From: Snowella sp. | Lineage (GTDB): Bacteria; Cyanobacteriota; Cyanobacteriia; Cyanobacteriales; Microcystaceae | Direction of reading: 5' to 3' | DNA: 12,999 nucleotides | Assembly: GCA_035285545.1 (NCBI GenBank) | Contig: JAYKGY010000058.1 | Location: 1-12,999, forward strand | Shown: in pieces, positions 1 to 7,618 of the stretch | Position numbering within the stretch: position 1 is the first letter of the stretch | Layout of the letters: every line of letters starts with the position of its first letter | Notes under the pieces: model-generated | Databases searched by the model: none | What the model saw: the letters and a program-made list of their open reading frames with translations, nothing else | Told to the model about the DNA's origin: nothing | Translations under genes and position numbers: made by a program

Positions 1-108
1 TGGCAGATTTTAGGCATTAAATGTAAAGTTCCATGTCAGGAGTAATCCTGTTGATAGATCTGTCCGAAATAATAGAAAGAGATAGGGCAGAAATATAGAG
101 GATTGCCT

Positions 109-618
109 ATGAATAGTGTTTCAAAAAATCCCATCCAATTTATTAACTGGCCGATGCTGGTAATGTTAGCCTTAGCATTCTGGCTTAGTAGCAGTTTAGT
201 GATTGATTTTCTGATTATTCCGAGTTTATTTGCATCGGGAATGATGGGACAAAGTAGTTTTGTCAGTGCCGGTTATTTACTGTTTGGATTGTTTAATCAT
301 TTAGAGTTACTGTGTGCCGCGTTAATTTTATCGGGTTTCCTTATTTTTAATCGCCATCATTCCTTACCCCATTTACAAGAACGTTGGTCAGTCATTTTAT
401 CAGCTTTGCTGTTGGCGATCGCGGTCGTTTACACCTATGGATTCACGCCGGTTTTGAGTGGCTTTGGTTTTGATTTAAATCTTTTTAACGGCAACAGTAC
501 AATGCCAACAACCATGATGACTGTGCAAATTGGGTATTGGTGTCTAGAAGTGATTAAGCTCTTAACTTGTCTGACTCTCCTACGATGGTGCTATCGGGAT
601 TCTTGTCAACTGGGTTAG
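109..618 (+). CDS. Four-helix membrane protein, DUF4149/TMEM205-like
   Basis: The ORF track starts at TTG 103, but ATG 109 lies 6 nt after a GAGGA Shine-Dalgarno-like motif (98-102). There are four hydrophobic segments, plus motifs (LAFWLSSSLVIDFLIIPSL, GYLLFGLFNHLELLCAALILSG, YWCLEVIKL) that resemble cyanobacterial DUF4149 proteins. Confidence 0.7.
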   Translation: MNSVSKNPIQFINWPMLVMLALAFWLSSSLVIDFLIIPSLFASGMMGQSSFVSAGYLLFGLFNHLELLCAALILSGFLIFNRHHSLPHLQERWSVILSALLLAIAVVYTYGFTPVLSGFGFDLNLFNGNSTMPTTMMTVQIGYWCLEVIKLLTCLTLLRWCYRDSCQLG

Positions 619-656
619 TTCACCAGACAGATTTTTCCTTCATCAACAGAAATCTT

Positions 657-683
657 CCCCTCCCTTAGAGGGGCTTTTTTTTT
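657..683 (+). terminator. Rho-independent terminator after the DUF4149-like gene
   Basis: CCCCTC (657-662), 5-nt loop, GAGGGG (668-673), then C and 9 T residues (675-683), about 40 nt downstream of the stop codon. Confidence 0.85.
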
Positions 684-787
684 CAGCTTTTCTCAGTTAA
701 TCAAGAAGACAAAAGGATAACTCAATGGTATTATCTATGTTCATATAAGTTTATAAAACAAATAACTGAAGAAATAGGGCAATTAAC

Positions 788-2386
788 ATGGTGCAGGCAC
801 CTGTCTCTCCGGTGGTGTTAGTCATTCTAGACGGCTGGGGCTATCGTCAAAATGAAAGAGCTAACGCGATCGCTTTGGCCAAAACTCCTGTCATGAATAG
901 TCTAATGGCAACCTATCCGTCCACCCTGATTAATACATCTGGCAAGGATGTGGGGCTTCCCAAGGGGCAAATGGGAAATTCAGAAGTCGGTCATCTCAAC
1001 ATTGGAGCGGGACGAGTCGTTCCCCAAGAGTTAGTTCGTATTTCAGATGATATTGAAAATGGAGACTTTTTTGAGAATCCTGCCCTAGTCAGCATTTGTG
1101 AGGAAGTCCGCCGCCAGCAAAGTAAGCTCCACTTAATCGGTCTTTGTTCAGAAGGGGGAGTACATTCCCATTTAGACCATCTCTTAGGATTATTAGATTT
1201 AGCGCAATTAAAAGGTTTAAACAACGTCTGTATTCATGCCATCACCGATGGACGGGATACCAATACAACGGAAGGAATTAATGCCTTAACAAAAATCCAA
1301 ACTCATCTAGACAAAATTGGGTTTGGCCGAATTTCTACCCTGAGCGGTCGTTATTATGCAATGGATCGCGATCGCCGCTGGGATCGGGTGAAAAAAGCCT
1401 ACGATGTCATGACCCAAGAAACGGTAGGAGACGGACGCACTGCCATTCAAGTCCTCAAAGACTACTACGCTCAAGATATTACCGACGAATTTATTCCTCC
1501 AACCCGCATTGCACCAGGATCGATTGAACCTAATGATGGCGTAATTTTCTTTAATTTCCGCCCTGATCGCTCACGACAACTGTGTTATGCCCTCCTCAAT
1601 CCCAGTTTTGATGGCTTTGAGCGAGAACGCATTCAACCGCTGTCTTTTGTGACTTTTACCCAATACGATCCACGCCTACCCGTTAAAGTTGCCTTTGAAC
1701 CCCAGAACCTCAACAATATTTTAGGGGAAGTCATTGCTAGGGAAGGATTAAAACAATTTCGCACAGCAGAAACAGAAAAATATCCCCATGTTACCTACTT
1801 TTTTAATGGGGGTCTAGAAACGCCTTTTGAAGGAGAAGACCGAGAGCTAATCCAAAGCCCGATGGTCGCGACCTATGACCAAGCGCCTGCAATGTCCGCT
1901 GAAAAAGTGACAGAAATTGCTTGTAACGCGATCGAAAAAGGCATTTATAGCCTAGTCGTTATCAATTATGCTAACCCCGACATGGTGGGACATACGGGAA
2001 ATTTAAATGCGGCCATAGAAGCCATTCAAACGGTTGATACTTGTTTAGGTAAATTATTGGCTAGCATCAGTAAAATGGGCGGAACCGCGATGATTACGGC
2101 AGATCACGGTAATGCCGAATATATGAGTGATGAGTCAGGCAACCCTTGGACGGCTCATACCACTAATCCCGTACCGTTGATGTTAGTCGAAGGCGAAGGC
2201 CGAAAAATTGTGGGTCACGGCGGAGATGCTAAACTACGAGAAGGTGGAAGATTAGCAGATATTGCACCGACCATCCTTGACATTTTGCAACTGCCAAAAC
2301 CCGCAGAAATGACAGGGGAATCTTTAATTGAATCCTCTCCTGTAGAAATGAAAGTCGCCCGTACCCCCGTGCGAATTGCGCGCTAA
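788..2386 (+). CDS. gpmI: 2,3-bisphosphoglycerate-independent phosphoglycerate mutase
   Basis: 532 aa with the iPGM motifs LVILDGWG, GQMGNSEVGH (phospho-Ser), GGVHSH, DGRD, GRYYAMDRD, FNFRPDR, AETEKYPHVTYFFNGG, NPDMVGHTG, TADHGNAE and TAHT. Confidence 0.98.
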   Translation: MVQAPVSPVVLVILDGWGYRQNERANAIALAKTPVMNSLMATYPSTLINTSGKDVGLPKGQMGNSEVGHLNIGAGRVVPQELVRISDDIENGDFFENPALVSICEEVRRQQSKLHLIGLCSEGGVHSHLDHLLGLLDLAQLKGLNNVCIHAITDGRDTNTTEGINALTKIQTHLDKIGFGRISTLSGRYYAMDRDRRWDRVKKAYDVMTQETVGDGRTAIQVLKDYYAQDITDEFIPPTRIAPGSIEPNDGVIFFNFRPDRSRQLCYALLNPSFDGFERERIQPLSFVTFTQYDPRLPVKVAFEPQNLNNILGEVIAREGLKQFRTAETEKYPHVTYFFNGGLETPFEGEDRELIQSPMVATYDQAPAMSAEKVTEIACNAIEKGIYSLVVINYANPDMVGHTGNLNAAIEAIQTVDTCLGKLLASISKMGGTAMITADHGNAEYMSDESGNPWTAHTTNPVPLMLVEGEGRKIVGHGGDAKLREGGRLADIAPTILDILQLPKPAEMTGESLIESSPVEMKVARTPVRIAR

Positions 2387-2416
2387 GTTTAACTAATTAC
2401 TGATTTTTGATTATTT

Positions 2417-2650
2417 ATGACTCTTGTTACTTTAATTCAAATTATTTGGACGATATCGGCTGCCTTATTAATTGTATTAGTTTTATTGCATAGCCCTAAA
2501 GGGGATGGTTTAGGGGGAATTGGGGGGCAATCCCAACTCTTTACCAGTGCTAAAAGTGCAGAAAAAACCCTGAATCAAATTACTTGGACATTAAGCAGTA
2601 TTTTTATCAGTTTAACAGTGGTACTCAGTGCGGGTTGGTTGGCTAAATAA
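2417..2650 (+). CDS. secG: Preprotein translocase subunit SecG
   Basis: 77 aa with two TM helices flanking LLHSPKGDGLGGIGG...F.SAKSAEKTL. It lies 30 nt after gpmI. Confidence 0.95.
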   Translation: MTLVTLIQIIWTISAALLIVLVLLHSPKGDGLGGIGGQSQLFTSAKSAEKTLNQITWTLSSIFISLTVVLSAGWLAK

Positions 2651-3419
2651 ACGATTAAAGAAGCAAGTTAAATTAGGGCTGGTTATGGCAACCAGTCTGT
2701 TTTTGCTGCTCTGCCTTACTATTTCAGTAGGCGCAAATCATCCTGAAGCGATTGATCTTGAAAATACTTTACCCCCGTTACAGGTTCATCCCTTACCGGC
2801 AAGTTTAGCGAAAATTCCTATTTCTCAGAACACCAGCGATTACTTCGATCACATTTCACCGACACCGTTGGGTTATTTAGTCTGGTCAGAATTTCCTATT
2901 AAGGTTTATCTAGACCGTCCTCCTGAGCCTGTTGATAGTTCTGCCAGTTCTCAACGTTTTCAACAATGGACTGAATTGGTTTTACAAGCGATCGCCGAAT
3001 GGAATGATTACTTACCCCTCAAGGAAGTGAGTGATCCGATCCAGGCTGATATTGTCATTCAAAGAACTGAACCGCCCTTAGGAACCACGGTTAATCCTGA
3101 AACGGGACAAATCCAAATTCCTCGCGCTCGAACTGCCCAAACCCGTTATCAATTTGATTTAAGCCAAACCTCTCCGCCCAGAATTACGCTACGAATGACA
3201 ATTCAAATCAAGCCTGGCTTGAGTCAAACCGCAACCTTAGCCGCTATTCGCCACGAACTCGGTCACGCCTTGGGAATTTGGGGACATAGCCCCGATGAAA
3301 ACGACATTATGTTTTATTCTCAGACAAAAAAAACGTCTCCTATTTCAAAAAGAGACATCAATACACTGATTAAATTATATAAACAAGCCACTCGATTGGG
3401 TTGGCCAATATCAAGTTGA
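2628..3419 (+). CDS. Exported zinc metallopeptidase, matrixin/M10-like (metzincin)
   Basis: Zn-binding motif HELGHALGIWGHS followed by a Met-turn (DIMFY) and a PIS.RD..TL.KLY tail; hydrophobic N-terminal signal segment. The start is uncertain: GTG 2628 (overlapping secG by 23 nt) or ATG 2685. Confidence 0.85.
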   Translation: MRVGWLNKRLKKQVKLGLVMATSLFLLLCLTISVGANHPEAIDLENTLPPLQVHPLPASLAKIPISQNTSDYFDHISPTPLGYLVWSEFPIKVYLDRPPEPVDSSASSQRFQQWTELVLQAIAEWNDYLPLKEVSDPIQADIVIQRTEPPLGTTVNPETGQIQIPRARTAQTRYQFDLSQTSPPRITLRMTIQIKPGLSQTATLAAIRHELGHALGIWGHSPDENDIMFYSQTKKTSPISKRDINTLIKLYKQATRLGWPISS

Positions 3420-3421
3420 AA

Positions 3422-3997
3422 CTAAGCTTTATTCACCTTAGCTGCTTGTTTTTTGTCGAATTCTTTCTTGCAACGGGTACCTACACCTAAAGCGGCTAGA
3501 GATCCCATAATCGTTAAAGGTTCAGGAATCGGAGTCGGATCAAGTGGATTGTTAGGGCCTGGGAAGCTAGGAAAAACAATATTACCCGGCACACCAGCTG
3601 CTCTGATAGTAAAGGTCTGATAGCGAATATTACCAGGGATTAAGCTAACATTAGCCTGAGCAGTAAAGCTTGCAGTCGTCCCATTGGGAGAAGGCGGGCT
3701 AATACCAGGCGTTGGAAGAAAACCAAAACTACTGGGTAAAACCCCTGAAACATTGTCAGTTACAGGAGAGGTTGATAAAGCAGTTGCCCCCGTAAATCCA
3801 GTAATAACGAGTTCTTGACCCTCTGCAATGCTGTCTCCTGGCCCCTCTGTCACAAACTCGAAATTAAAGTCAAACAACCCACCACTCACAGATTGCATAT
3901 TTAAAAAGTTGAATCGATAGGCTTGAGCTCGGCTGCTTATCGCCAGTACGCCTAAGCTGCTTAAGGCAAGGCTTAAAGATAAATTTTTTAGATTCAT
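3422..3997 (-). CDS. PEP-CTERM sorting domain protein, cyanobacterial subtype
   Basis: N-terminal signal peptide ending AQA. The C-terminus has IPEPLTIMGSLAALGVG followed by a basic tail (RCKKEFDKKQ), matching the cyanobacterial PEP-CTERM pattern. GAGGAG lies upstream on the minus strand (about 4008-4013). Confidence 0.9.
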   Translation of the reverse strand: MNLKNLSLSLALSSLGVLAISSRAQAYRFNFLNMQSVSGGLFDFNFEFVTEGPGDSIAEGQELVITGFTGATALSTSPVTDNVSGVLPSSFGFLPTPGISPPSPNGTTASFTAQANVSLIPGNIRYQTFTIRAAGVPGNIVFPSFPGPNNPLDPTPIPEPLTIMGSLAALGVGTRCKKEFDKKQAAKVNKA

Positions 3998-4152
3998 TAG
4001 TGATTAACTCCTCATCACAATAAGGATAAGTAAATACAATTTGAACTAGAGATAGATTAAAGCAAGAGATAGAAAATATTTTAAAACAAAAAAACAGAAT
4101 TTGCTATAGCGTTTGAAATGATTTCTTGAAAAAAGTCATGAAAACTAGATGA

Positions 4153-4186
4153 AAGCCTGAATTGGTAAGTATTTAAGCCTGAATTG
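4153..4186. promoter_or_regulatory. Perfect 12-bp direct repeat AAGCCTGAATTG with 22-bp period, candidate regulator binding site
   Basis: Identical copies at 4153-4164 and 4175-4186, in the AT-rich region upstream of the PEP-CTERM gene. The repeat is directly visible; its function is inferred. Confidence 0.45.
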
Positions 4187-4362
4187 TAAATAAATTTAAA
4201 GTTTTTGCTTAGGGTAAGAATGATAATTTTCATTTTGGTCGGGATATTTTTTCTTTGTTGCCCATCCCATTAATTTAAAAAAATTGTGAAAAAGCCATTG
4301 CTGGGTTTCGTTGGAGATCAAACTAAAAATCATTTATTTGACTCGTTGGGATTTTTTTTACT

Positions 4363-4382
4363 ATCTCAATCCATCTCAATCC
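4363..4382. repeat. 10-bp tandem duplication ATCTCAATCC x2
   Basis: ATCTCAATCC at 4363-4372 and 4373-4382, intergenic, downstream of mraY. Confidence 0.7.
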
Positions 4383-4449
4383 AATAGCAGTGGAATGAAG
4401 GCGCGATCGCTGTATCTATAATCCACAACGGAACAACTCAAACTAAGTT

Positions 4450-5544
4450 TCAAGAAGTCAGAACGGCTAGGACGGCTAATCCTGCATTGATTAAGTAAAA
4501 AACGCCGACAATTTTGGTTTCTGCCCAACCGCTTAATTCTAAATGGTGATGAATCGGAGCCATTTTTAATAAACGCTTACCTTTACCATCGGGGCCTTTG
4601 GTCGCTTTGTAATAGCTGACTTGCGCGATAACCGATAAGGATTCTGCTAAGAAAATCCCACTAACAAGCAATAAACCCCAAAGATTCCCACTTAATAGGC
4701 CAACAGCCCCTAAAGCACCGCCTAACGGTAGCGAGCCGGTATCTCCCATAAACACTTTCGCTGGGTTGCGATTATGAAGAACAAAGCCGATACATCCCCC
4801 ACTCAGGGCAGCGCAAAAAATCATTAATTCAGGCGAATTGGGCGCGACTAAGGCTGCTAATCCTAAAAAGGCTAAAGCTGAAGTGCCTGCGGCTAAACCA
4901 TCCACCCCATCGGTCAAATTCGTGGCATTACTTTCTGCGACTAGAGTAAATCCGGCTAAGATCCAAAACAAAAGTCCTAACGGTAAGACAAACCCTGGTA
5001 ATTGAACATCAGTAATGGTTGGCGGTTGAGTGAAAAACATCCACCCACAAAAGGCGATCGCGACTCCAATTTGTAGAATCAACTTTTGTCGTGGCGTTAA
5101 TCCCTTATTAGATTGCTGTTTGAGAATTTGCCAATCATCGATCCAACCAATCCCAAAATAGGCCAAGGTCACGAAGGACACCGCCACCACATTGGCATTA
5201 AATTGTGACCAAAGGAGCGCGACGATAATGGCAACAGGCATAAAAAAAATCCCCCCCATTGTGGGTGTACCTGCTTTTTTGAGGTGGGATTGGGGACCGT
5301 CTTCCTGGATCACTTGACCGGCTTTTAATCGACGCAAGAGGGGAACAACCCAAAACCCAAGCGTACCACTGGTTATGGCAGTAACCAGAAAAGGGGGCAA
5401 TAGGGAAGCGGTAATCGAGGGAAAATTACCAGTTAATAGGGGCAAAGCGACTCCTAAGGCCAGCGATAGGATGATTAATAAAATTAATAAACTTGTCCCA
5501 GAGGGTTTATCCAAAAAGCTTGCTGATAAGGGTTTGCTATCCAC
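4450..5544 (-). CDS. mraY: Phospho-N-acetylmuramoyl-pentapeptide transferase
   Basis: Multi-TM protein with GP.SHLKKAGTPTMGG, IGWIDD, SNATNLTDGVDGLA, PAKVFMGDTGSL.LG and MAPIHHHLELSGW.E. GTG start. Confidence 0.98.
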   Translation of the reverse strand: MDSKPLSASFLDKPSGTSLLILLIILSLALGVALPLLTGNFPSITASLLPPFLVTAITSGTLGFWVVPLLRRLKAGQVIQEDGPQSHLKKAGTPTMGGIFFMPVAIIVALLWSQFNANVVAVSFVTLAYFGIGWIDDWQILKQQSNKGLTPRQKLILQIGVAIAFCGWMFFTQPPTITDVQLPGFVLPLGLLFWILAGFTLVAESNATNLTDGVDGLAAGTSALAFLGLAALVAPNSPELMIFCAALSGGCIGFVLHNRNPAKVFMGDTGSLPLGGALGAVGLLSGNLWGLLLVSGIFLAESLSVIAQVSYYKATKGPDGKGKRLLKMAPIHHHLELSGWAETKIVGVFYLINAGLAVLAVLTS

Positions 5545-5616
5545 GGCTTACTTGTACCACTAAAAATCTGTCTAAACTTTACCTCAATTTGCTTCTTTGT
5601 TTAAATCGATTGTTGT

Positions 5617-5859
5617 TTACTCTTCGTCACTCAGATCTAAGTCATCATCGAAGTCGTCATCGTAGCCCGAATCATCCACATCCATGAGTTCGGAGATTTC
5701 CATTTCATCACTTAATAGCTCTCGTTGAGACTCATCTTTTTCACGGGGAATGAGGCGATTTGTCTCCTTTAGCCAATCCAGTAAGGAGGAGTGGCGAGTT
5801 ACCGGGAGAACTGCGGCGGGTTCATAGCGTGTTTCCTGGCGGAGGGAAGGATTATACAT
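5617..5859 (-). CDS. DUF3134-like small cyanobacterial protein with acidic C-terminal tail
   Basis: NPSLRQE.RYEPA.VLP....SLLDWL.ETNRLIPRE resembles DUF3134 proteins, with a D/E-rich tail. ATG 5859 is preferred over the ORF-track start at 5898. Same strand as mraY and 72 nt upstream of it. Confidence 0.75.
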   Translation of the reverse strand: MYNPSLRQETRYEPAAVLPVTRHSSLLDWLKETNRLIPREKDESQRELLSDEMEISELMDVDDSGYDDDFDDDLDLSDEE

Positions 5860-6033
5860 ACAGTCAGTTAAACCAATTACAAGAATTTGGCAGTTCATTA
5901 TTCTGTGACGAGCACAGATACAACGAGTTTATCATTCTATCAAATGTTTAAAAAACTTAATTCTGAGCACAATGCTAACGAACAAACCGCGTTATAACCG
6001 AAAATGGATCTAGGAGATTTAAGGAGATCGGTA

Positions 6034-6633
6034 ATGCAACAAAAAACAAGGCTCCTAGAAGCGATCGCGGGTAAAAATCGGGGCTTATTGGTAACGGAAA
6101 ACGATAAGGTCAATATTCTTACCGCCGTTGAACAATTAGAAGATCACAATCCCAATCCTCATCCATTGGAAAAAAGCACTGCCCTATTAGACGGAAATTG
6201 GCGATTACTTTATACCAGTAGTCGCAGTATTTTAGGGTTAGATCGGGTTCCATTCTTACAATTAGGGCAAATTTACCAATGTATCCGTATTGCTGAGCGT
6301 AAACTGTATAATATTGCTGAAATCGCAGGTATTCCCTTTTTAGAAGGGTTAGTCTCGGTTGCTGCTAGTTTTGAGCCGGTGTCGGATCGTCGGGTAGATG
6401 TGAAGTTTGAACGGTCTATTGTCGGTTTACAACGGGTTATGAATTATCAATCGGTCAATCAGTTCATTCAGGACATTGAAACAGGAAAACGCTTTTTCGC
6501 GATCGATTTCAGCCTATCAGGTCGGGAATCTTCAGGGTGGTTAGAAATAACTTATTTAGACGAAGATTTACGGATCGGTCGGGGAAATGAGGGAAATGTG
6601 TTTGTTTTAGCCAAAGAAAAAGGAACATATTAA
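6034..6633 (+). CDS. PAP/fibrillin family (plastid lipid-associated) protein
   Basis: LLEAIAGKNRGL, LLDGNWRLLYT (lipocalin-like GxW motif) and GWLEITYLDEDLRIGRGNEGNVFVL. AAGGAG at 6021-6026 supports ATG 6034 rather than 6004. Confidence 0.93.
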   Translation: MQQKTRLLEAIAGKNRGLLVTENDKVNILTAVEQLEDHNPNPHPLEKSTALLDGNWRLLYTSSRSILGLDRVPFLQLGQIYQCIRIAERKLYNIAEIAGIPFLEGLVSVAASFEPVSDRRVDVKFERSIVGLQRVMNYQSVNQFIQDIETGKRFFAIDFSLSGRESSGWLEITYLDEDLRIGRGNEGNVFVLAKEKGTY

Positions 6634-6642
6634 GTCGCCGGT

Positions 6643-6669
6643 TGGAATTGTGGAATTATTGTGGAATTA
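6643..6669. repeat. Short tandem repeat with TGGAATT core (TTGTGGAATTA x2 plus a partial copy)
   Basis: TGGAATT at 6643, 6651 and 6662; exact 11-mer tandem at 6648-6658 and 6659-6669. Confidence 0.7.
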
Positions 6670-6677
6670 AAGAAAAA

Positions 6678-6717
6678 TGTGGGATAGGCATCCTGCCCGT
6701 CGTTAGCCTATTTTTTT
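6678..6717. terminator. REP-like hairpin or putative terminator between convergent genes
   Basis: GATAGGCA-TCC-TGCCCGTC imperfect hairpin (6683-6701). An alternative pairing is ATAGGC (6684-6689) with GCCTAT (6706-6711), followed by a T-run; an A-run lies upstream (6673-6677). Confidence 0.5.
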
Positions 6718-6744
6718 AACATCAAAGAATTGCCTCAAAAAAGC

Positions 6745-7581
6745 TTAGAAAGGAAGCCCTGGTAAAGGAATGGGAATCGGCGGTGTGGGGATGGGATAGC
6801 TCGGTAATCCCGTTGTAGAACAGCTTAATCCGGGCAATAAACGAGAACAGGCAGATTGTAACGCGCCTTCCGCTGTGACTGGAATTTGAAAACCGGTAAA
6901 GAGTTGCCCATTGAGTAAAGCAACCAATTCTTCGGGACTCATGGGAACGATTTGTCCTAAAATACCTTGTAAAACATCTACTTTTTCGCCTTCTTTCACT
7001 GTCACAGGAGGACTACTGCCGTCCTGGGGAGTAACTTGAACTTCTCCTTCAATAACTTTGATATTTCCTGAATTTTCTTCTGTTTTTTCGAGGACGTAGA
7101 TTGTTCCCTGTACCGCAACGCTGATTCCTGCCATACAACCATTGATTGGCCCGCTGACGAGAATGGTGCCTTGCTGAACCTCAACACATTGACCCACTGC
7201 CACGCTGGCATTACTGCCTAAACGACCGGCTGCGCCATTATTAAATAAAATCCCCGCACGGGAATCTTTAGTTAAAATAATTTGTCCAAAATTGGCTTTA
7301 TCTTGAACTTTTGCTTGATTTTTTTCGATAAAAACCTGATTTCCGTCGAGGATTTCCTGAATAACGGCTAAGTTAATCTGAGCAACAACGGGTTGATGAA
7401 TGCTACTGAAACCTAGGACTAAAATAAGACCAAGGGTGAGGTTAATGGCAAGCTTTAACGTTCTTCGGCGGTAGGATTTTAAAAAATGCAAAAACAGATT
7501 GAAATTGAGTTTTTTTATAATAATATTTTGAACAAATGAAAGCTTCATAAAAATATAGGATTCAAAAAAATTAACCATCAA
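6745..7581 (-). CDS. Exported FecR-like beta-domain protein with Pro-rich C-terminal tail
   Basis: FecR-like pattern I.T..DSRA.I.FNNG...RLG.N..., V..GTILV, AVQGT.Y.L, IKVIEGEVQV, V..GEKV. Signal peptide ends QPVVA|Q. The start is uncertain (ATG 7581/7578, ATG 7548 or TTG 7491). Confidence 0.75.
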   Translation of the reverse strand: MMVNFFESYIFMKLSFVQNIIIKKLNFNLFLHFLKSYRRRTLKLAINLTLGLILVLGFSSIHQPVVAQINLAVIQEILDGNQVFIEKNQAKVQDKANFGQIILTKDSRAGILFNNGAAGRLGSNASVAVGQCVEVQQGTILVSGPINGCMAGISVAVQGTIYVLEKTEENSGNIKVIEGEVQVTPQDGSSPPVTVKEGEKVDVLQGILGQIVPMSPEELVALLNGQLFTGFQIPVTAEGALQSACSRLLPGLSCSTTGLPSYPIPTPPIPIPLPGLPF

Positions 7582-7618
7582 TTAGCAAAAATCATTTTTA
7601 GAAATCGGTAGGATCGCA

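Noticed and set aside
991..1224. 77-aa minus-strand ORF
   Set aside because: Antisense shadow entirely inside gpmI, with no recognisable motifs.
4153..4186. Direct repeats as a mini CRISPR array
   Set aside because: A 12-bp repeat with a 10-bp spacer is far too short, and there are only two copies.
4298..4384. Fragments resembling the cyanobacterial GTTGGGTTTCGTT...CAACCCAAC palindromic repeat
   Set aside because: Only partial, degenerate matches (CTGGGTTTCGTT; CTCAATCCAA), with no intact palindrome.
4105..4414. Possible MITE bounded by TATAGCG and CGCTGTA
   Set aside because: The inverted match is only 6 of 7 nt and does not extend, and the right end overlaps a HIP1 site. It cannot be supported without a genome-wide copy search.
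5375..5951. Three short plus-strand ORFs (5375-5563, 5493-5687, 5760-5951)
   Set aside because: Antisense to mraY and the DUF3134-like gene. The His/Arg/Ser-rich tail of one simply mirrors the Asp codons on the other strand.
6004..6033. N-terminal extensions in the ORF track (fibrillin 6004, also DUF3134-like 5898 and HAD 11293)
   Set aside because: Downstream ATGs fit better. Fibrillin has AAGGAG 7 nt before ATG 6034, and the family-like sequence of the other two begins after the later ATG.
7002..7211. 69-aa alternative-frame ORF
   Set aside because: Nested out of frame within the FecR-like gene, with no evidence of a frameshift or independent RBS.
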